Of a stretch of 43,385 nucleotides of DNA, positions 9,525-19,915 are shown in pieces. The stretch covers positions 1 through 43,385 of IMG/VR virus record IMGVR_UViG_3300045988_116410; one strand, given 5' to 3'. The stretch comes from a virus. The stretch's first letter is position 1, and every line of letters begins with the position of its first letter. Under the pieces are notes generated by a model that was given only the letters and a program-made list of their open reading frames with translations, was not told where the DNA came from and did no database searches. The position numbers were made by a program, and so were the translations under genes.

Positions 9525-10085
9525 ATGGCGATGGATGATAACAAGACGTTGATTGTGGCGACTGCGCAGATTTACACTGCGCCGGTTGACACTAAGGCCC
9601 CTACGCTCACGGCGTACAAGACGAACAAGACGACCGCCCTGACGGGCTGGACGAATATCGGCCACACGTCGGCGGAGAACCCTTTTAAGGCGTCTCGTAG
9701 CGGCGGCGACGTGACGACGAAGGGTTCGCTGCAGAAGAAGAAGCTGCGCACGTCGATTGGCGACGTTTCGTACAGTATCGAGATTGCGCTTGAGCAGTTC
9801 GATGCGGCGTCGATTAAGCGTTACCTTGGCGCTAACGCCGCGACGGTGGACGGTATCACGTATGCGAAGTCGAAGCCGACTGCTGAGCATTGTGCTCTGC
9901 TGATCGTCGTGGAGGATGAGGGCAACGTGTGCTTTATCCACGCGGGTAAGGCGGACCTGGTCGCTAATGGCGACTTTGACGTGAACAGCGTTGAGGAGTT
10001 GGCGTCGTTGCCGATTAAGTTCGAGATTCTTGAGGACAGGAACGGTAACACGCTCGGTATCGGCGAGGTTATGTCGCTGGCCTGA
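9525..10085 (+). CDS. major tail protein
   Basis: 186 aa, RBS GGTGAGG. Lies directly upstream of the chaperone pair and tape measure. Confidence 0.7.
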   Translation: MAMDDNKTLIVATAQIYTAPVDTKAPTLTAYKTNKTTALTGWTNIGHTSAENPFKASRSGGDVTTKGSLQKKKLRTSIGDVSYSIEIALEQFDAASIKRYLGANAATVDGITYAKSKPTAEHCALLIVVEDEGNVCFIHAGKADLVANGDFDVNSVEELASLPIKFEILEDRNGNTLGIGEVMSLA

Positions 10086-10192
10086 TTGTGGCTTGAGGGG
10101 GCGCCCCGCGTGGGGCGGGTGCCAGGGTGGCCACACGGGCCGTCCCCTTTGTTTTTCCTGGCATACCACTGTGGCACTTTTGGAGGTTTGTA

Positions 10193-10525
10193 ATGACTGC
10201 GATTGATTTTGAACACCTTGACCTGGATGCTCTGCGCGCCGAGGCGAACAACAAGTACAAGAACCTGACGGTTCGCGGCGTGGTGTTCCGTGGCCTGATG
10301 CGAGTGAGCAAGGATGAGCGTGAGCGTTTCGATGAGCTGGCGGCTGCTCGCCGGGCGGGCGAGTCTCAGGCGGATGTGACGGAGTTTTACCGTGACGTGC
10401 TGATGCTGGTCGCGGAGGATAAGGCTGCGGCTGAGGCACTGCTTGATGACATTGGTGAGGATGCGGCTGTGCTGGACACGCTTGTGTCGCTCTACTTTGA
10501 GCGCACGCAGGTGGGGGAAGCCTAG
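10193..10525 (+). CDS. tail assembly chaperone (short form, G-like)
   Basis: ATG 10193 follows GGAGG. Acidic 110-aa protein immediately upstream of the tape measure. Confidence 0.75.
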   Translation: MTAIDFEHLDLDALRAEANNKYKNLTVRGVVFRGLMRVSKDERERFDELAAARRAGESQADVTEFYRDVLMLVAEDKAAAEALLDDIGEDAAVLDTLVSLYFERTQVGEA

Positions 10526-10908
10526 CCGTCGCGGGCTTGCTGGATAAAGCGGGGACGGGGATTTACGCGGATTTTCGACTCTACTACGGGATTGACCTGG
10601 TGGAGGCGGTAGAGAGTGGTTCCCCGTCCCCGCGTTTTTTGCTTGCTCTGGTGCGCGGCTTGCCGGATGGTTGTTGGACGCAGGCGTTGTTGGCGGAGAT
10701 GCCTGAGTTGCGTGGGTGGACGCGGGAGATGTCGTTGATGGCGGACGTGTTTGACAACATTTCGGTGAATACGGTGGCGACTGGTTTTGGGAAGTCGCGG
10801 CGTCCGTATTTGTGGCCGGGCCGTCCTGGGGTGAAGCAAACGTTTGCGGCGGAGAAGTGCACCGTGAAGGGCGTGAGGCAGATGTTCGTGGACCTCGTTT
10901 CGGGGTGA
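10193..10908 (+). CDS. tail assembly chaperone long form (G-T-like) via putative -1 frameshift at 10513-10519
   Basis: The -1 frame is open from the GGGGGAA run (10513-10519) through ORF 10537..10908. This is the classic position between major tail and tape measure genes. Confidence 0.6.
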
Positions 10909-10968
10909 CCGGATGGTCTGCCTCGCCCTCCTCGCGGGGCCTGTTTTGTGTGAGGGGGGTTGATGTGA

Positions 10969-13900
10969 TTGGGCGCAGAGGCCGGTAATGTTGTAGCGCG
11001 CCTTGCCGTGAAAGTGACGCCGGATACGAAGGATTTCTGGGGTGACTTGTCGCGGCGCTTGGACGCGATTGAGAAGCGTTTGCAGCCGCTTGAGGTTGGC
11101 GTCGAGCTAGACGAAAACGCGTTGCGTGAGCGCGTGCGGGTGATGTCTGAGCGGGCGCAGGCGGCGGTGAAGGATGTCCAGATGGGCATCCATTTTGATG
11201 AGCGCGAGTTCGCGAAGATCGGCACGATGGCTGATCGCCTTGATGACGCGGCTGAGCGGCACGCTGGCGTGTTGTCGAAGGTGTACGACGGTGACATGGA
11301 TACGATCAGGCGGCACTGGTCGTCGGCGTTGGATGCGATGAAGCGTGACGCGGCTAAGCGGTTGAAGTTTAAGGGTCCCCGTCCTGACGAGGATTCGTAT
11401 TGGCGTGGGCATACCGAGTCGGCGTTCCGCATGTGGTACGGGCGTCGCGGTGAGGAGATGCGCAGGGCGTTCCGCGCGTTGGGTCCGGTCGAGTTTGAGT
11501 TGCGGCCTGACGACCAGTGGCAGGAGCGCGCGCGCGGCGTGCTGGACGGGTTTTTCTCGAAGGCGTACACGGGCCGGGTCAAGTGGCGTGTTGACGAGGA
11601 CTTGAACGACGTCGGCGCGTTGCGCAGGCTGCGGTCTCGCATGGAGCGCGAGTTCGCTCACGGGTGGAAGTACGTAGTTGACCCTGACGTCGATGTGAAG
11701 TCTGGCCGCGTGGATGCGGCGTTGAACAAGTTGCGTCATGAGATGCGTGAGCGGGCTTTCGGTAAGCATGACGCTTTCCATCTGGATATTAAGCCGAACA
11801 TGAGTGACCATGAGCTGCGCGAGGTTGGCAGGAAGCTGAAGCACTTCAAGCGCAAGTGGGATGACACTGAGTTGGAGTTCAAGCTCGGGTTGGATCACTC
11901 GTCCCGCTATGTGGCGGCGGCCAGGTTGGCGATGTTGGCTCGTGACAGGTGGGTGAAGCTGCGCCCGGTGATCGACCACAAGGCGATGGTTGTTGCGCGG
12001 GAGACGTTGGCCGCGATGTCGGGTTGGCGTTTGGCGAAGGACTTGACGCAGAACGTTTGGGACCTCGTCAAGAATCTGGACAAGATGGTGCCGGTGATTG
12101 GCGCTGTGGGTGCCGGGTTCGCGGTGGCCGGTTCTGGCGTGACTCAGTTGTTGAAGCATACGTTCACGCTTGGCGGCGCGGTTGGTCACGTGTTGCAGGC
12201 TGCGGCGTTGTTGGGTCCGACTCTGGCGATTTCTGCTGGGTTTATCGGCTATACGGCGGTGCAGGCGGCGAAGGTTGCGACGGAGATTGTGCCCGGCCTT
12301 GAGGACGCTTTCCACAAGATGAATGACGCGGCTCAGCATGGGTTCTGGGATGCGGTGTCGGACGATCAGCTCGCGAAGATTACGGACTCGTTCTTCCCTG
12401 AGATGGAGGCCGGGTTTGCCAGGTTGTCGAAGGCGATGGGCGGGCATTTCGGCAAGCTGATTGACTCGTTTGACCGGGTGCTTAAGCCTCATATTGCGGA
12501 GATGTTTGACCATTCAGCCGCGGGCGTTGAAAAGCTGGGTGAGCACACTGATTCGCTGATGACGATTCTTGGCGTGCTGGGCAAGCATGGGTCCAAGACG
12601 ATGGAGCGGTTCTTGGGGTGGCTTGGTGAGGCGACGGACAAGTACGCGGATTGGCTGGTGAAGGCCGAGTCGTCGGGCCGGTTGCAGGAGATTATCGACC
12701 GGGGCATTGACACGTTGAAGGATTTCGGTCGCGCCGTGTGGAGTGCGGGCGGCATCTTGCACGGGTTCTACCGGGCGGCTGAGGCTGAGGGCGGGGCGAC
12801 GATGAAGCGTTTCGCTGATGGGCTTGAGGCCGTAAATAACGTTGTGAATAGTGCGAAGTTCCAGACTGGCTTGAAGCGCGTGTTCTGGGGCATGAATCAG
12901 GCGTGGTCGGCGTTTAAGGATGAGACGCGGGGCGTGTGGGGCGAGTTCGCTACGTCGTGGTCGAAGTTGGCCGCTGAGGCTGGCGACGCGATGGGCCGCG
13001 TGGGCGGGAAGCTCGCGAAGGGCTTGTTGACGGCGTTTAGTGGCAAGGACTTCAACAAGGGGTTCCACAACCTGTTCGACGGGTTGGCGGATGGCTTGTC
13101 GCGTATTGCGGGTGTGTGGCCGAAGGTGTCGCGCGGCTTGGGGTCTCTGATGTCGTTCATGGGGTCGCTCGGCAGGGGCTTGTCGCCTGTGGTTGGCGCG
13201 GCTTTGGAGGCGTTGGCTCACGCGGCGGAGCGTTTGGGGCCGGCTTTGTCGAGGGCTGTGGAGAAGGGTGGCCCGGCGTTGGGTCGCGCTATCGAGTCGT
13301 GGGGCCGGGTTGCGACGCCGGTCGCTGAGGCGTTGGCTAAGCTGCTGGACACGCTGGTTCGCATTCCTGGCGCTGTCGAGGCGGTGGCGACGGGGTTCCT
13401 GGCTTTCCGTGGCTTGTCGTCTGCGGCGTCCCTGGTGAAGGCCCTGTCTGGCGCGGTGTCTGGCTTGAAGGGCGACTTGCTGTCGGCTAAGGACGCGTTG
13501 ACGCGGTTTGCGGCTGCTCGCGCGGGCGCGGCGGCGCTTGAGGGCGGCGCGGCTGCTGGCGAGGCGGCGGCTGTAGCGGCTGGCGCTGGTGTTGCTGGCA
13601 AGGTTGGCCGGTTTAGTGGCGTGGCGTCGAAGGCGGCGAGCGCGATGGGTAAGGTCGCTCAGGGCGCGGCTGGCGTGGTGTCGTTCTTGACTGGCCCGTG
13701 GGGGTTGGCGATTGCGGGCGCTGGCTTGGCGTTGGGTGGCCTGATTTCATGGTCTAACCGGGCGACGGACGCGTTGAGTAATGATCTTGCTAACGCGTTT
13801 ACGAAGGTCGCGGAGGGCGCTGATGGGGCGTCGGCTAAGGTGTCGGCTCTGATGGGCCAGGTTGTGGCGAAGGCTGATCCGAGTGGGAAGCACGCCAAGA

Positions 13901-15843
13901 CGCCCTTTGGGGTTGACCTGGCGTTGAAGAATTACCGGGAAGCTCCTCGCTGGGCTAACTGGCTTTCCGCTGGCTTTGGGGAACTGGGCGCAGGTAACGT
14001 TCATGCGACAAGTGCTGCTGTGAATATCTCGGACGCGTTTGACCGTATTGGTGAGATTGCTCGTTCTGGTAACTTTGCGGGCGCGGCTGAGGCGTTGCGT
14101 CAGATGCGCGAGGAGCTGGTCAAGGGCGGCGCGTCGAATCAGGAGTGGGACAAGACGCTGGATTCGGCGTTGGATTCTGTGACTGGTTTGCGTGCTGGCC
14201 TTGAGGAGTATGCGAAGTCGATGGGGTATGCGACGGATAAGCAGTCGTTGCATAACTTGTTGGTTGGTAAGACTGATTTGTTGTGGCAGAAGATGCAGGC
14301 GGATCAGGCTCGTCTCGCGTACAATACGGTGGCTTTCGGCGCGGCGATGGATCAAAACTTTGCGAAGTGGGGTTTTGGCGCTAAGAAGGCTGAGGGTTTG
14401 CATGCGGCGATTGAGCGTGTCGGCCAGTCGATGATCGACGTGGGGGCGGCGGCTCGTGACGCTAATGGTGAGGCGGTGCAGTCGGTTGAGACTGTGTTGT
14501 CGAACTTGCAGGCTCAGGTGGATGCGCAGGCTCAGGTCGCTCAGAACATGTTGGACCTTGCGTCGGCTGGTTTCAGCACGCAGGTGTTGGAGCAGTTGGC
14601 GCAGTTGCCGCAGGGTGCTCAGTATTTGCAGCAGTTGAAGGACGCGTTGGCGGATACGTCGGATGCGGGTCGCGCGCATTTGCAGGAGTTGTTGGATCAG
14701 GTGAATGGGCTGGGTCCGGCGTTGCAGGGTGCGGCTTGGGGGGCTACCCCGGCGTTGCAGGAGTTCCATAATGCGGTGACTGGCTCGTTTGATGCGATGA
14801 AGCAGAACGTTGTTGCGTCGTTGGACCAGTTGGGTGCTGATGCTGGCGTGAAGGCGGCGGCGGCTGGCGCTACGACAACGGATGAGCTGATTAAGGCCCT
14901 GTCTGGTGCGGGCGTGCAGATTAGCGAGACGGCTGATGGCTGGGCGTTGACCTTGAATGGTAAGACTGCGCAGTTTGGTGCGGCGGGCACGAATAATGGC
15001 AACGCGTATACGGGCGCGATTGGTGCGACTGCGCCGAGCGCTTACATTGTGGGTAATCAGGTTGGCAATTCGGCTCACTCTGGTTTGTCTGCGCCGAATT
15101 ACGCGCAGCCGGGTTCGTCTGGTGGCTCGTCGTTTGCGTCGGCTGTTTCGTCGTATGGGGCGGTTGCTTATGCGGCTGGTTCGCATTTGGCGTCGCAGGT
15201 TGTGTCGGCTGTTAGCGGCTTGGCGAGCCAATTGTGGAGCATGGGCGCGAACGCGGCAAGCTCGTTTGCGAACGCGATTATGAGCGGCGTGCGTGGCGCG
15301 ATTGCGTCGGCTAAGTCGATGGCGGATTCTGCGGTGTCTGCTGTGAAGGTGGCGTTGAGCATTAACTCGCCGTCGAAGGTGTTCCGCAAGATCGGTTATA
15401 GCGTGCCAGAGGGCTTCGCTCAGGGTATTGAGCGTGCTACCGGGTGGGCGACTGATGCGGCTGTGGGGATGGCGTCTGAGACGGTTGGTGCGGCTCGCGG
15501 CGTGTTGGAGATTAACAGCCCGTCGAGGGTGTTCCGTCGTTTCGGCGAGTTCATTCCGCAGGGTTTGGCTGGTGGTATTCGTGGTGAGGCGGATGCTGCT
15601 GTGCGTGAGGCTGAGGCGATGGCTGGTCGCGTGGTTGAGGCTGGGTCTGGCGTGCGGATGCGCGTGTTTGATGGCGGGCGTTTTGACGTGTCGCAGGATT
15701 CGCGGTTGACGGTTCGTGTTGATCCTGAGTCGTTGCGTGGTGCCCGGTTTGGGTTGCGTTTGTCGGATGAGACGGAGCTTGAGACGTTCATTAGTGATGT
15801 GGCTGATGGGCGTGTTGTCGAGTATGCGCGTATGGGCGCGTAG
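10969..15843 (+). CDS. tape measure protein
   Basis: 1624 aa, Ala/Gly-rich with hydrophobic segments. Duplicated C-terminal INSPS(K/R)VFR motif. Call also rests on position. Confidence 0.9.
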   Translation: MGAEAGNVVARLAVKVTPDTKDFWGDLSRRLDAIEKRLQPLEVGVELDENALRERVRVMSERAQAAVKDVQMGIHFDEREFAKIGTMADRLDDAAERHAGVLSKVYDGDMDTIRRHWSSALDAMKRDAAKRLKFKGPRPDEDSYWRGHTESAFRMWYGRRGEEMRRAFRALGPVEFELRPDDQWQERARGVLDGFFSKAYTGRVKWRVDEDLNDVGALRRLRSRMEREFAHGWKYVVDPDVDVKSGRVDAALNKLRHEMRERAFGKHDAFHLDIKPNMSDHELREVGRKLKHFKRKWDDTELEFKLGLDHSSRYVAAARLAMLARDRWVKLRPVIDHKAMVVARETLAAMSGWRLAKDLTQNVWDLVKNLDKMVPVIGAVGAGFAVAGSGVTQLLKHTFTLGGAVGHVLQAAALLGPTLAISAGFIGYTAVQAAKVATEIVPGLEDAFHKMNDAAQHGFWDAVSDDQLAKITDSFFPEMEAGFARLSKAMGGHFGKLIDSFDRVLKPHIAEMFDHSAAGVEKLGEHTDSLMTILGVLGKHGSKTMERFLGWLGEATDKYADWLVKAESSGRLQEIIDRGIDTLKDFGRAVWSAGGILHGFYRAAEAEGGATMKRFADGLEAVNNVVNSAKFQTGLKRVFWGMNQAWSAFKDETRGVWGEFATSWSKLAAEAGDAMGRVGGKLAKGLLTAFSGKDFNKGFHNLFDGLADGLSRIAGVWPKVSRGLGSLMSFMGSLGRGLSPVVGAALEALAHAAERLGPALSRAVEKGGPALGRAIESWGRVATPVAEALAKLLDTLVRIPGAVEAVATGFLAFRGLSSAASLVKALSGAVSGLKGDLLSAKDALTRFAAARAGAAALEGGAAAGEAAAVAAGAGVAGKVGRFSGVASKAASAMGKVAQGAAGVVSFLTGPWGLAIAGAGLALGGLISWSNRATDALSNDLANAFTKVAEGADGASAKVSALMGQVVAKADPSGKHAKTPFGVDLALKNYREAPRWANWLSAGFGELGAGNVHATSAAVNISDAFDRIGEIARSGNFAGAAEALRQMREELVKGGASNQEWDKTLDSALDSVTGLRAGLEEYAKSMGYATDKQSLHNLLVGKTDLLWQKMQADQARLAYNTVAFGAAMDQNFAKWGFGAKKAEGLHAAIERVGQSMIDVGAAARDANGEAVQSVETVLSNLQAQVDAQAQVAQNMLDLASAGFSTQVLEQLAQLPQGAQYLQQLKDALADTSDAGRAHLQELLDQVNGLGPALQGAAWGATPALQEFHNAVTGSFDAMKQNVVASLDQLGADAGVKAAAAGATTTDELIKALSGAGVQISETADGWALTLNGKTAQFGAAGTNNGNAYTGAIGATAPSAYIVGNQVGNSAHSGLSAPNYAQPGSSGGSSFASAVSSYGAVAYAAGSHLASQVVSAVSGLASQLWSMGANAASSFANAIMSGVRGAIASAKSMADSAVSAVKVALSINSPSKVFRKIGYSVPEGFAQGIERATGWATDAAVGMASETVGAARGVLEINSPSRVFRRFGEFIPQGLAGGIRGEADAAVREAEAMAGRVVEAGSGVRMRVFDGGRFDVSQDSRLTVRVDPESLRGARFGLRLSDETELETFISDVADGRVVEYARMGA

Positions 15844-15939
15844 CGGCCCCGCGTGGGGTGGGCGGCTGCTCCCCTACTGGCATGGTCTGGTGGGGGTGCG
15901 GTCGCCCTCCTGGGGGCCTTTTTGGAGGTGTTTTTGGGC

Positions 15940-16695
15940 ATGGTTCAGGGGCCGATGTTTAAGGGGTTTATTCACCGTGTGACGGGGTTGCCGACGTTCG
16001 CGGTTAACGTGGGCGGCGTGCTGAAGGCGGACGGGAAGTTCGTGTGCGAGATTAAGCAGCGCTGGCAGGACCCGTGGTTTAGTCCGTGGGTGTTCTCGTA
16101 TGTGCTGGCCCCTGTGGGTGAGGCGGTCGGTTATACGCTTGAGGGGGTTGATGGTCGCACGTATGGGCCGGTGTGGTTGACGCGGACTGCTACCGGGTGC
16201 CCGGATGGTGGCGCGGCGGTTGCCCCTCAGGATGGTCACAGCGTGTTCGTGGACTTGTATGAGGATACGGGTGATCTGCTGCGGTGGGAGAACCAAGTTA
16301 GCGAGTATGAGAACGGCGTTATCCGGTTCAAGCGGGGCAAGCTGTCGGGGTCGTCAAGGTTCGTGGTGGATGCGCCTGAGAGGGTCCGTCAGGTGCGGGA
16401 TGTGCTGGAGGCTCCTGGGGTGACGTTGATCGCGTTGGGTCAGCCCGCGAAGGGCGTGGATGGAGTCAGGAGCGTTCTGGTGAAGTCGGCCCGGTACGAC
16501 CGACTGTCCCCTGAGGGTGATCGTCAGATTGATGTCGAGTGGACGATGCAGCCTTTCCCTGGCCCGAAGGGCGAGTGGGGGCTAGACGGTGCAGTAATCC
16601 CGTCTGCGACGTGGGGTGACGCTATCGCTCAGGGCCGCAAGTGGGGGAACTGGACAGTGCTGGACGTGATGAAGGGCGTGGGGTTTGTAGCGTGA
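15940..16695 (+). CDS. minor tail protein (distal tail protein-like)
   Basis: First gene after the tape measure. ATG 15940 lies 11 nt after GGAGG. The ORF opens at 15853. Confidence 0.6.
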   Translation: MVQGPMFKGFIHRVTGLPTFAVNVGGVLKADGKFVCEIKQRWQDPWFSPWVFSYVLAPVGEAVGYTLEGVDGRTYGPVWLTRTATGCPDGGAAVAPQDGHSVFVDLYEDTGDLLRWENQVSEYENGVIRFKRGKLSGSSRFVVDAPERVRQVRDVLEAPGVTLIALGQPAKGVDGVRSVLVKSARYDRLSPEGDRQIDVEWTMQPFPGPKGEWGLDGAVIPSATWGDAIAQGRKWGNWTVLDVMKGVGFVA

Positions 16696-17756
16696 GAAGT
16701 CCCGAGGAATTGAGTGTTGACGTCCTGACGTTGCCGTGCCGCGTGTGGGCAACAGTGAAGGTGTCTCGCGGTAGTGTCGTGTTGGCGGATGATGTGCCGG
16801 TTGAGGCTGGACAGTTGGAGTTGTCGTCTGGGCAGACAACGCAGGAGCGTTTGTCGTTGACGTTGTCCCCGGATTGGACGCCGGTGAATGAGTGGTCGCC
16901 GTTTGCGCCGTACGGTCAGGTGGCGCGGCTGATGGTGCATGTGGAGCCGCAGGGGGCGTCCCCGTTCGTTGTGGATCGTGGGTCGTTCTTGTTGCATGAG
17001 GTGACGTGGGATGCTGGCACGACGGGGCCGGTGAAGGTGACGGCGTATTCGCTGCTGCAGCGTCTTGTGGATGATGATTTCCCGTTTCCGACGTCCCCTG
17101 ACGCGAAGGCGACGTTGAAGCGCGAGGTGGAGCGATTGTGCTACCCGCATCTTGTTCCCGTGTTGGAGTGTGATGATCCTGTTCTTCCTGGCGGCTTGTC
17201 GTGGGGGAACAAGCGCGTTGAGGCGCTGGGCAAGCTCGCGGAGATGTACGGGCTGAGGTTCTACGTTGGCGCGGACGACGCGTTGCATGTGGTGGATTCG
17301 ACCAGGCGCGGCGTGGTGGCCTCGTATTCGGGTGAGGACTTGTTGCTGTCGGAAGCGCGGAAGGCGTCGCACGCGGTGCCGAACAGGTGGACGGCGGTGT
17401 CCAATTCGACGGAGGGCGGGAAGTCTCACTCGGGAGGCTTGTCGCACACGGTGGAAGTGAACGCGGGGCCTCGCACGGTCGCCTTGTATGGGGTTGTGCA
17501 TAAGGTGTTGCAGGTTCAGGCGGGGTCTCAGGATGAGATTGTTGCGGCTGCTGACCGGGCGATGCGTGAGGCGACGTCTGGCGGTGACGTGCGGTCGTTC
17601 AAGATCGTTCAGGATTACCGGCTGGACCTGGGTGACCTGATCGAGGTGAGGACGCCTGACGATGAGACGGTTGCTGGGGTTGTGACTGGCTTGGTGATGG
17701 ATTTTTCGGGGGGCGCGCAGTCGATGCGCGTTGACGTGCGAGAGAAGGTGGTGTGA
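16692..17756 (+). CDS. minor tail protein (baseplate/Tal-like)
   Basis: GTGA overlap with the upstream gene. 354 aa. Call rests on synteny. Confidence 0.6.
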   Translation: MRSPEELSVDVLTLPCRVWATVKVSRGSVVLADDVPVEAGQLELSSGQTTQERLSLTLSPDWTPVNEWSPFAPYGQVARLMVHVEPQGASPFVVDRGSFLLHEVTWDAGTTGPVKVTAYSLLQRLVDDDFPFPTSPDAKATLKREVERLCYPHLVPVLECDDPVLPGGLSWGNKRVEALGKLAEMYGLRFYVGADDALHVVDSTRRGVVASYSGEDLLLSEARKASHAVPNRWTAVSNSTEGGKSHSGGLSHTVEVNAGPRTVALYGVVHKVLQVQAGSQDEIVAAADRAMREATSGGDVRSFKIVQDYRLDLGDLIEVRTPDDETVAGVVTGLVMDFSGGAQSMRVDVREKVV

Positions 17757-19237
17757 TGGCTGGCAAAGCGTCTTTCTGGTTGGATGCGCCGAAGGCTGCG
17801 GACGCGGTGGTATCGGGCGTGCCGGGCAAGGTTGTTGGCGCGGGTGAGAATGGGACAATCCGCGTGGAGGTTGGCGAGCCTGGGAATGTGGTGAACGTGC
17901 CGTCCGGTGGCGGCGTGTTCAAGCCGGGGTCGGATGTTCGCGTGCAGGTTGACCCGTCTGGCGCGCCGTCTGGCGTGCTAGACGCTGGCTCGTCGGTTGT
18001 GCAGGACGGGCTGGTGTATGCGGGCGCTGAGGGGCAGGAGGTGCGTAAGACTGGCGCGGCTGCGAAGGCGGCGTGGGAGAAGGCTGACGCGGCTTACCGC
18101 GAGCTCAGTGAGGCTCGTGAGCGGACGGCGCAGGACTTGGCGTCGTTGCGTTCGACGTTGCAGGGGGCGCAGGGTGATGTGCAGCGGGCGCGTCTCATGT
18201 TCTCATCGTCGGAGAAGGACCCGAAGTCGTATTTCCGGGATATTGGCGCGGTGCCGCCGTTGGGCGCTGTGTATGAGCAGCGTGGGCAGGATGGGTTTGT
18301 CGAGTACAGGTTCCGGTGGGATGGCCGGAATTGGGTGCAGTTCGCTTTGACGACGTCGAGTATTCATGTGGAGTCGGATTTGTGGACCCGCATGTTGCAG
18401 GTGGCGGGGGATGCGACGATCACGGGAAACCTGTTGACTGGCGGGTCGGTGACGGCGGACAAGCTGGTGGCATCGAAGGAACTGTCTGCGAAGGTTGCGA
18501 AGTTTGAGGAGTCCGTGGTGTCGAAGCTGCGGGCCGAGAGGGCTGTGATTTCGGGTGACCTGATTGCGGATAACCTGGTTGGCAAGAGTATTGAGGGCGG
18601 GAGAATGAGTGTAGAGGCGTCGGGCAAGAGTGGTGCGCGCCGACTGTCGCTGCGACCTGCTGATGATACTGGTCTGCCGATTATCCTGTTTCAGTACAAG
18701 GGGAATGGCAATATCTGGCATCCTAAGGTTGCGATGGGGCCGGAGGGCATGAATGTGTTCTCGGGCGTGCCTGGTGAGCAGTCGTTGTTTATGTCGTGGC
18801 TGGATATGGGGGCCGCCCCCTATTACAGGTATTCTTCCGGAAAAACGTATTTGTCTATCCAGAAGGGTTCAACCTTGCGCGCCTCGTTGCGTGCGGACAC
18901 GTCCTCGCGCGGCAAGGCTATTCGCCTTGTGGATAATACGTATTTGATTGCGCCTCGTGCAGGCCGGTACAAGTTGACGGGGTGGGCTGCTATTCACACA
19001 AACACGTGGGACACTGTGGTGAAGGTGCAGTTGTTGCGCGGTGATGCGACTGAGGCGAATTGGGGCGACTTGTATGGTAACGCGATTTCGCCTTATGGGG
19101 AGTTGGCGACGCCGATGTTTAGTGGCCTTGTTGATGCGCGGGCTGGCGAGAAGTTTTCGTTGGGCATTTTGTCGAATGGCAACGGGTCCATTGTGCGCGA
19201 TTATCGCTTTGAGATGGAGTTTGTGTGCCCCCTGTGA
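17753..19237 (+). CDS. minor tail protein (fibre / receptor-binding candidate)
   Basis: ATGA overlap. 494 aa with a central coiled-coil-like segment (AAKAAWEKADAAYRELSEARERTAQDL). Confidence 0.6.
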   Translation: MMAGKASFWLDAPKAADAVVSGVPGKVVGAGENGTIRVEVGEPGNVVNVPSGGGVFKPGSDVRVQVDPSGAPSGVLDAGSSVVQDGLVYAGAEGQEVRKTGAAAKAAWEKADAAYRELSEARERTAQDLASLRSTLQGAQGDVQRARLMFSSSEKDPKSYFRDIGAVPPLGAVYEQRGQDGFVEYRFRWDGRNWVQFALTTSSIHVESDLWTRMLQVAGDATITGNLLTGGSVTADKLVASKELSAKVAKFEESVVSKLRAERAVISGDLIADNLVGKSIEGGRMSVEASGKSGARRLSLRPADDTGLPIILFQYKGNGNIWHPKVAMGPEGMNVFSGVPGEQSLFMSWLDMGAAPYYRYSSGKTYLSIQKGSTLRASLRADTSSRGKAIRLVDNTYLIAPRAGRYKLTGWAAIHTNTWDTVVKVQLLRGDATEANWGDLYGNAISPYGELATPMFSGLVDARAGEKFSLGILSNGNGSIVRDYRFEMEFVCPL

Positions 19238-19261
19238 TGGGGCTGTTTGTGGAGGTTGAGT

Positions 19262-19915
19262 GTGGCTGAGAATAGTTTGAAGGGCGTTAAGTTGCCTGAG
19301 TACAATGAGCCTTTGTTGGCGGGTTTGGCGAAGGCTTTTAATAGTGCGGGCCTAATTCAGGTGGCGACGTCTACTGCTAATGCCAAGGGCGCTATTGATG
19401 AGATGGCTAAGCATGGTGTTGCGCCGACTGTTTCCAACCCGGCGTATTTGGATATTTTGGGCCAGTTGTATAAGGCTGATGGATCGAAGGCTGGAGACGG
19501 TTCGTGGCTGTTGCGAGCGTTGAATGAGGTTGAGCTGGATTCGCAGACGTATAACGCGTCTGGCGCGTCGTACAGTGTCGGTGCGGGCCAGTATTACAAG
19601 TACTATGCGGCTAATCTTCCGGTGCGCCCGTATCGTCGTCTGGTGTTGTCGTTTGTGACTGGTTGGGCGAATACGACGGGTGATGTGGATTTGTATTTGT
19701 GGGTGAAGTCGTCGGGTAGCGTTAGGTCGGCTTTTAATGCGGGTGCGACGGATCAGCAGTCTAACGCGTTGTTCAATTTCGGGATCATTGACGCTAATGC
19801 GGCCCCGCAGGTTGAGTGGGGTATTTATGGGCGCGGGAGTGGTGGTTCTGCGCGGTTTACTACTGATGGTTCGTATAACCGTTTCATGACGGTTGCGTTC
19901 CCGATTAGTATGTGA
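19262..19915 (+). CDS. minor tail protein
   Basis: GTG 19262 follows GGAGG. 217 aa. Call rests on synteny. Confidence 0.5.
   Translation: MAENSLKGVKLPEYNEPLLAGLAKAFNSAGLIQVATSTANAKGAIDEMAKHGVAPTVSNPAYLDILGQLYKADGSKAGDGSWLLRALNEVELDSQTYNASGASYSVGAGQYYKYYAANLPVRPYRRLVLSFVTGWANTTGDVDLYLWVKSSGSVRSAFNAGATDQQSNALFNFGIIDANAAPQVEWGIYGRGSGGSARFTTDGSYNRFMTVAFPISM

Noticed and set aside
8883-10439. Very long antisense ORFs in the late arm, e.g. 8883..10439 (518 aa), 13747..15231 (494 aa), 11107..12513 (468 aa), 6301..7686, 16629..17858, 1667..2773, 19352..20368, 23336..24412 and 23988..25181.
   Set aside because: Their products are low-complexity Arg/Pro/Thr/His-rich strings. They lie exactly opposite well-supported structural and DNA-metabolism genes. 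They are explained by the rarity of TTA/CTA/TCA on the G/T-rich coding strand.
15330-15560. Internal duplication INSPSKVFRKIGYSVPEGFAQGI / INSPSRVFRRFGEFIPQGLAGGI in the tape measure protein.
   Set aside because: It is real, but it is a commonly seen conserved C-terminal tape-measure motif, so it is not reported as novel.
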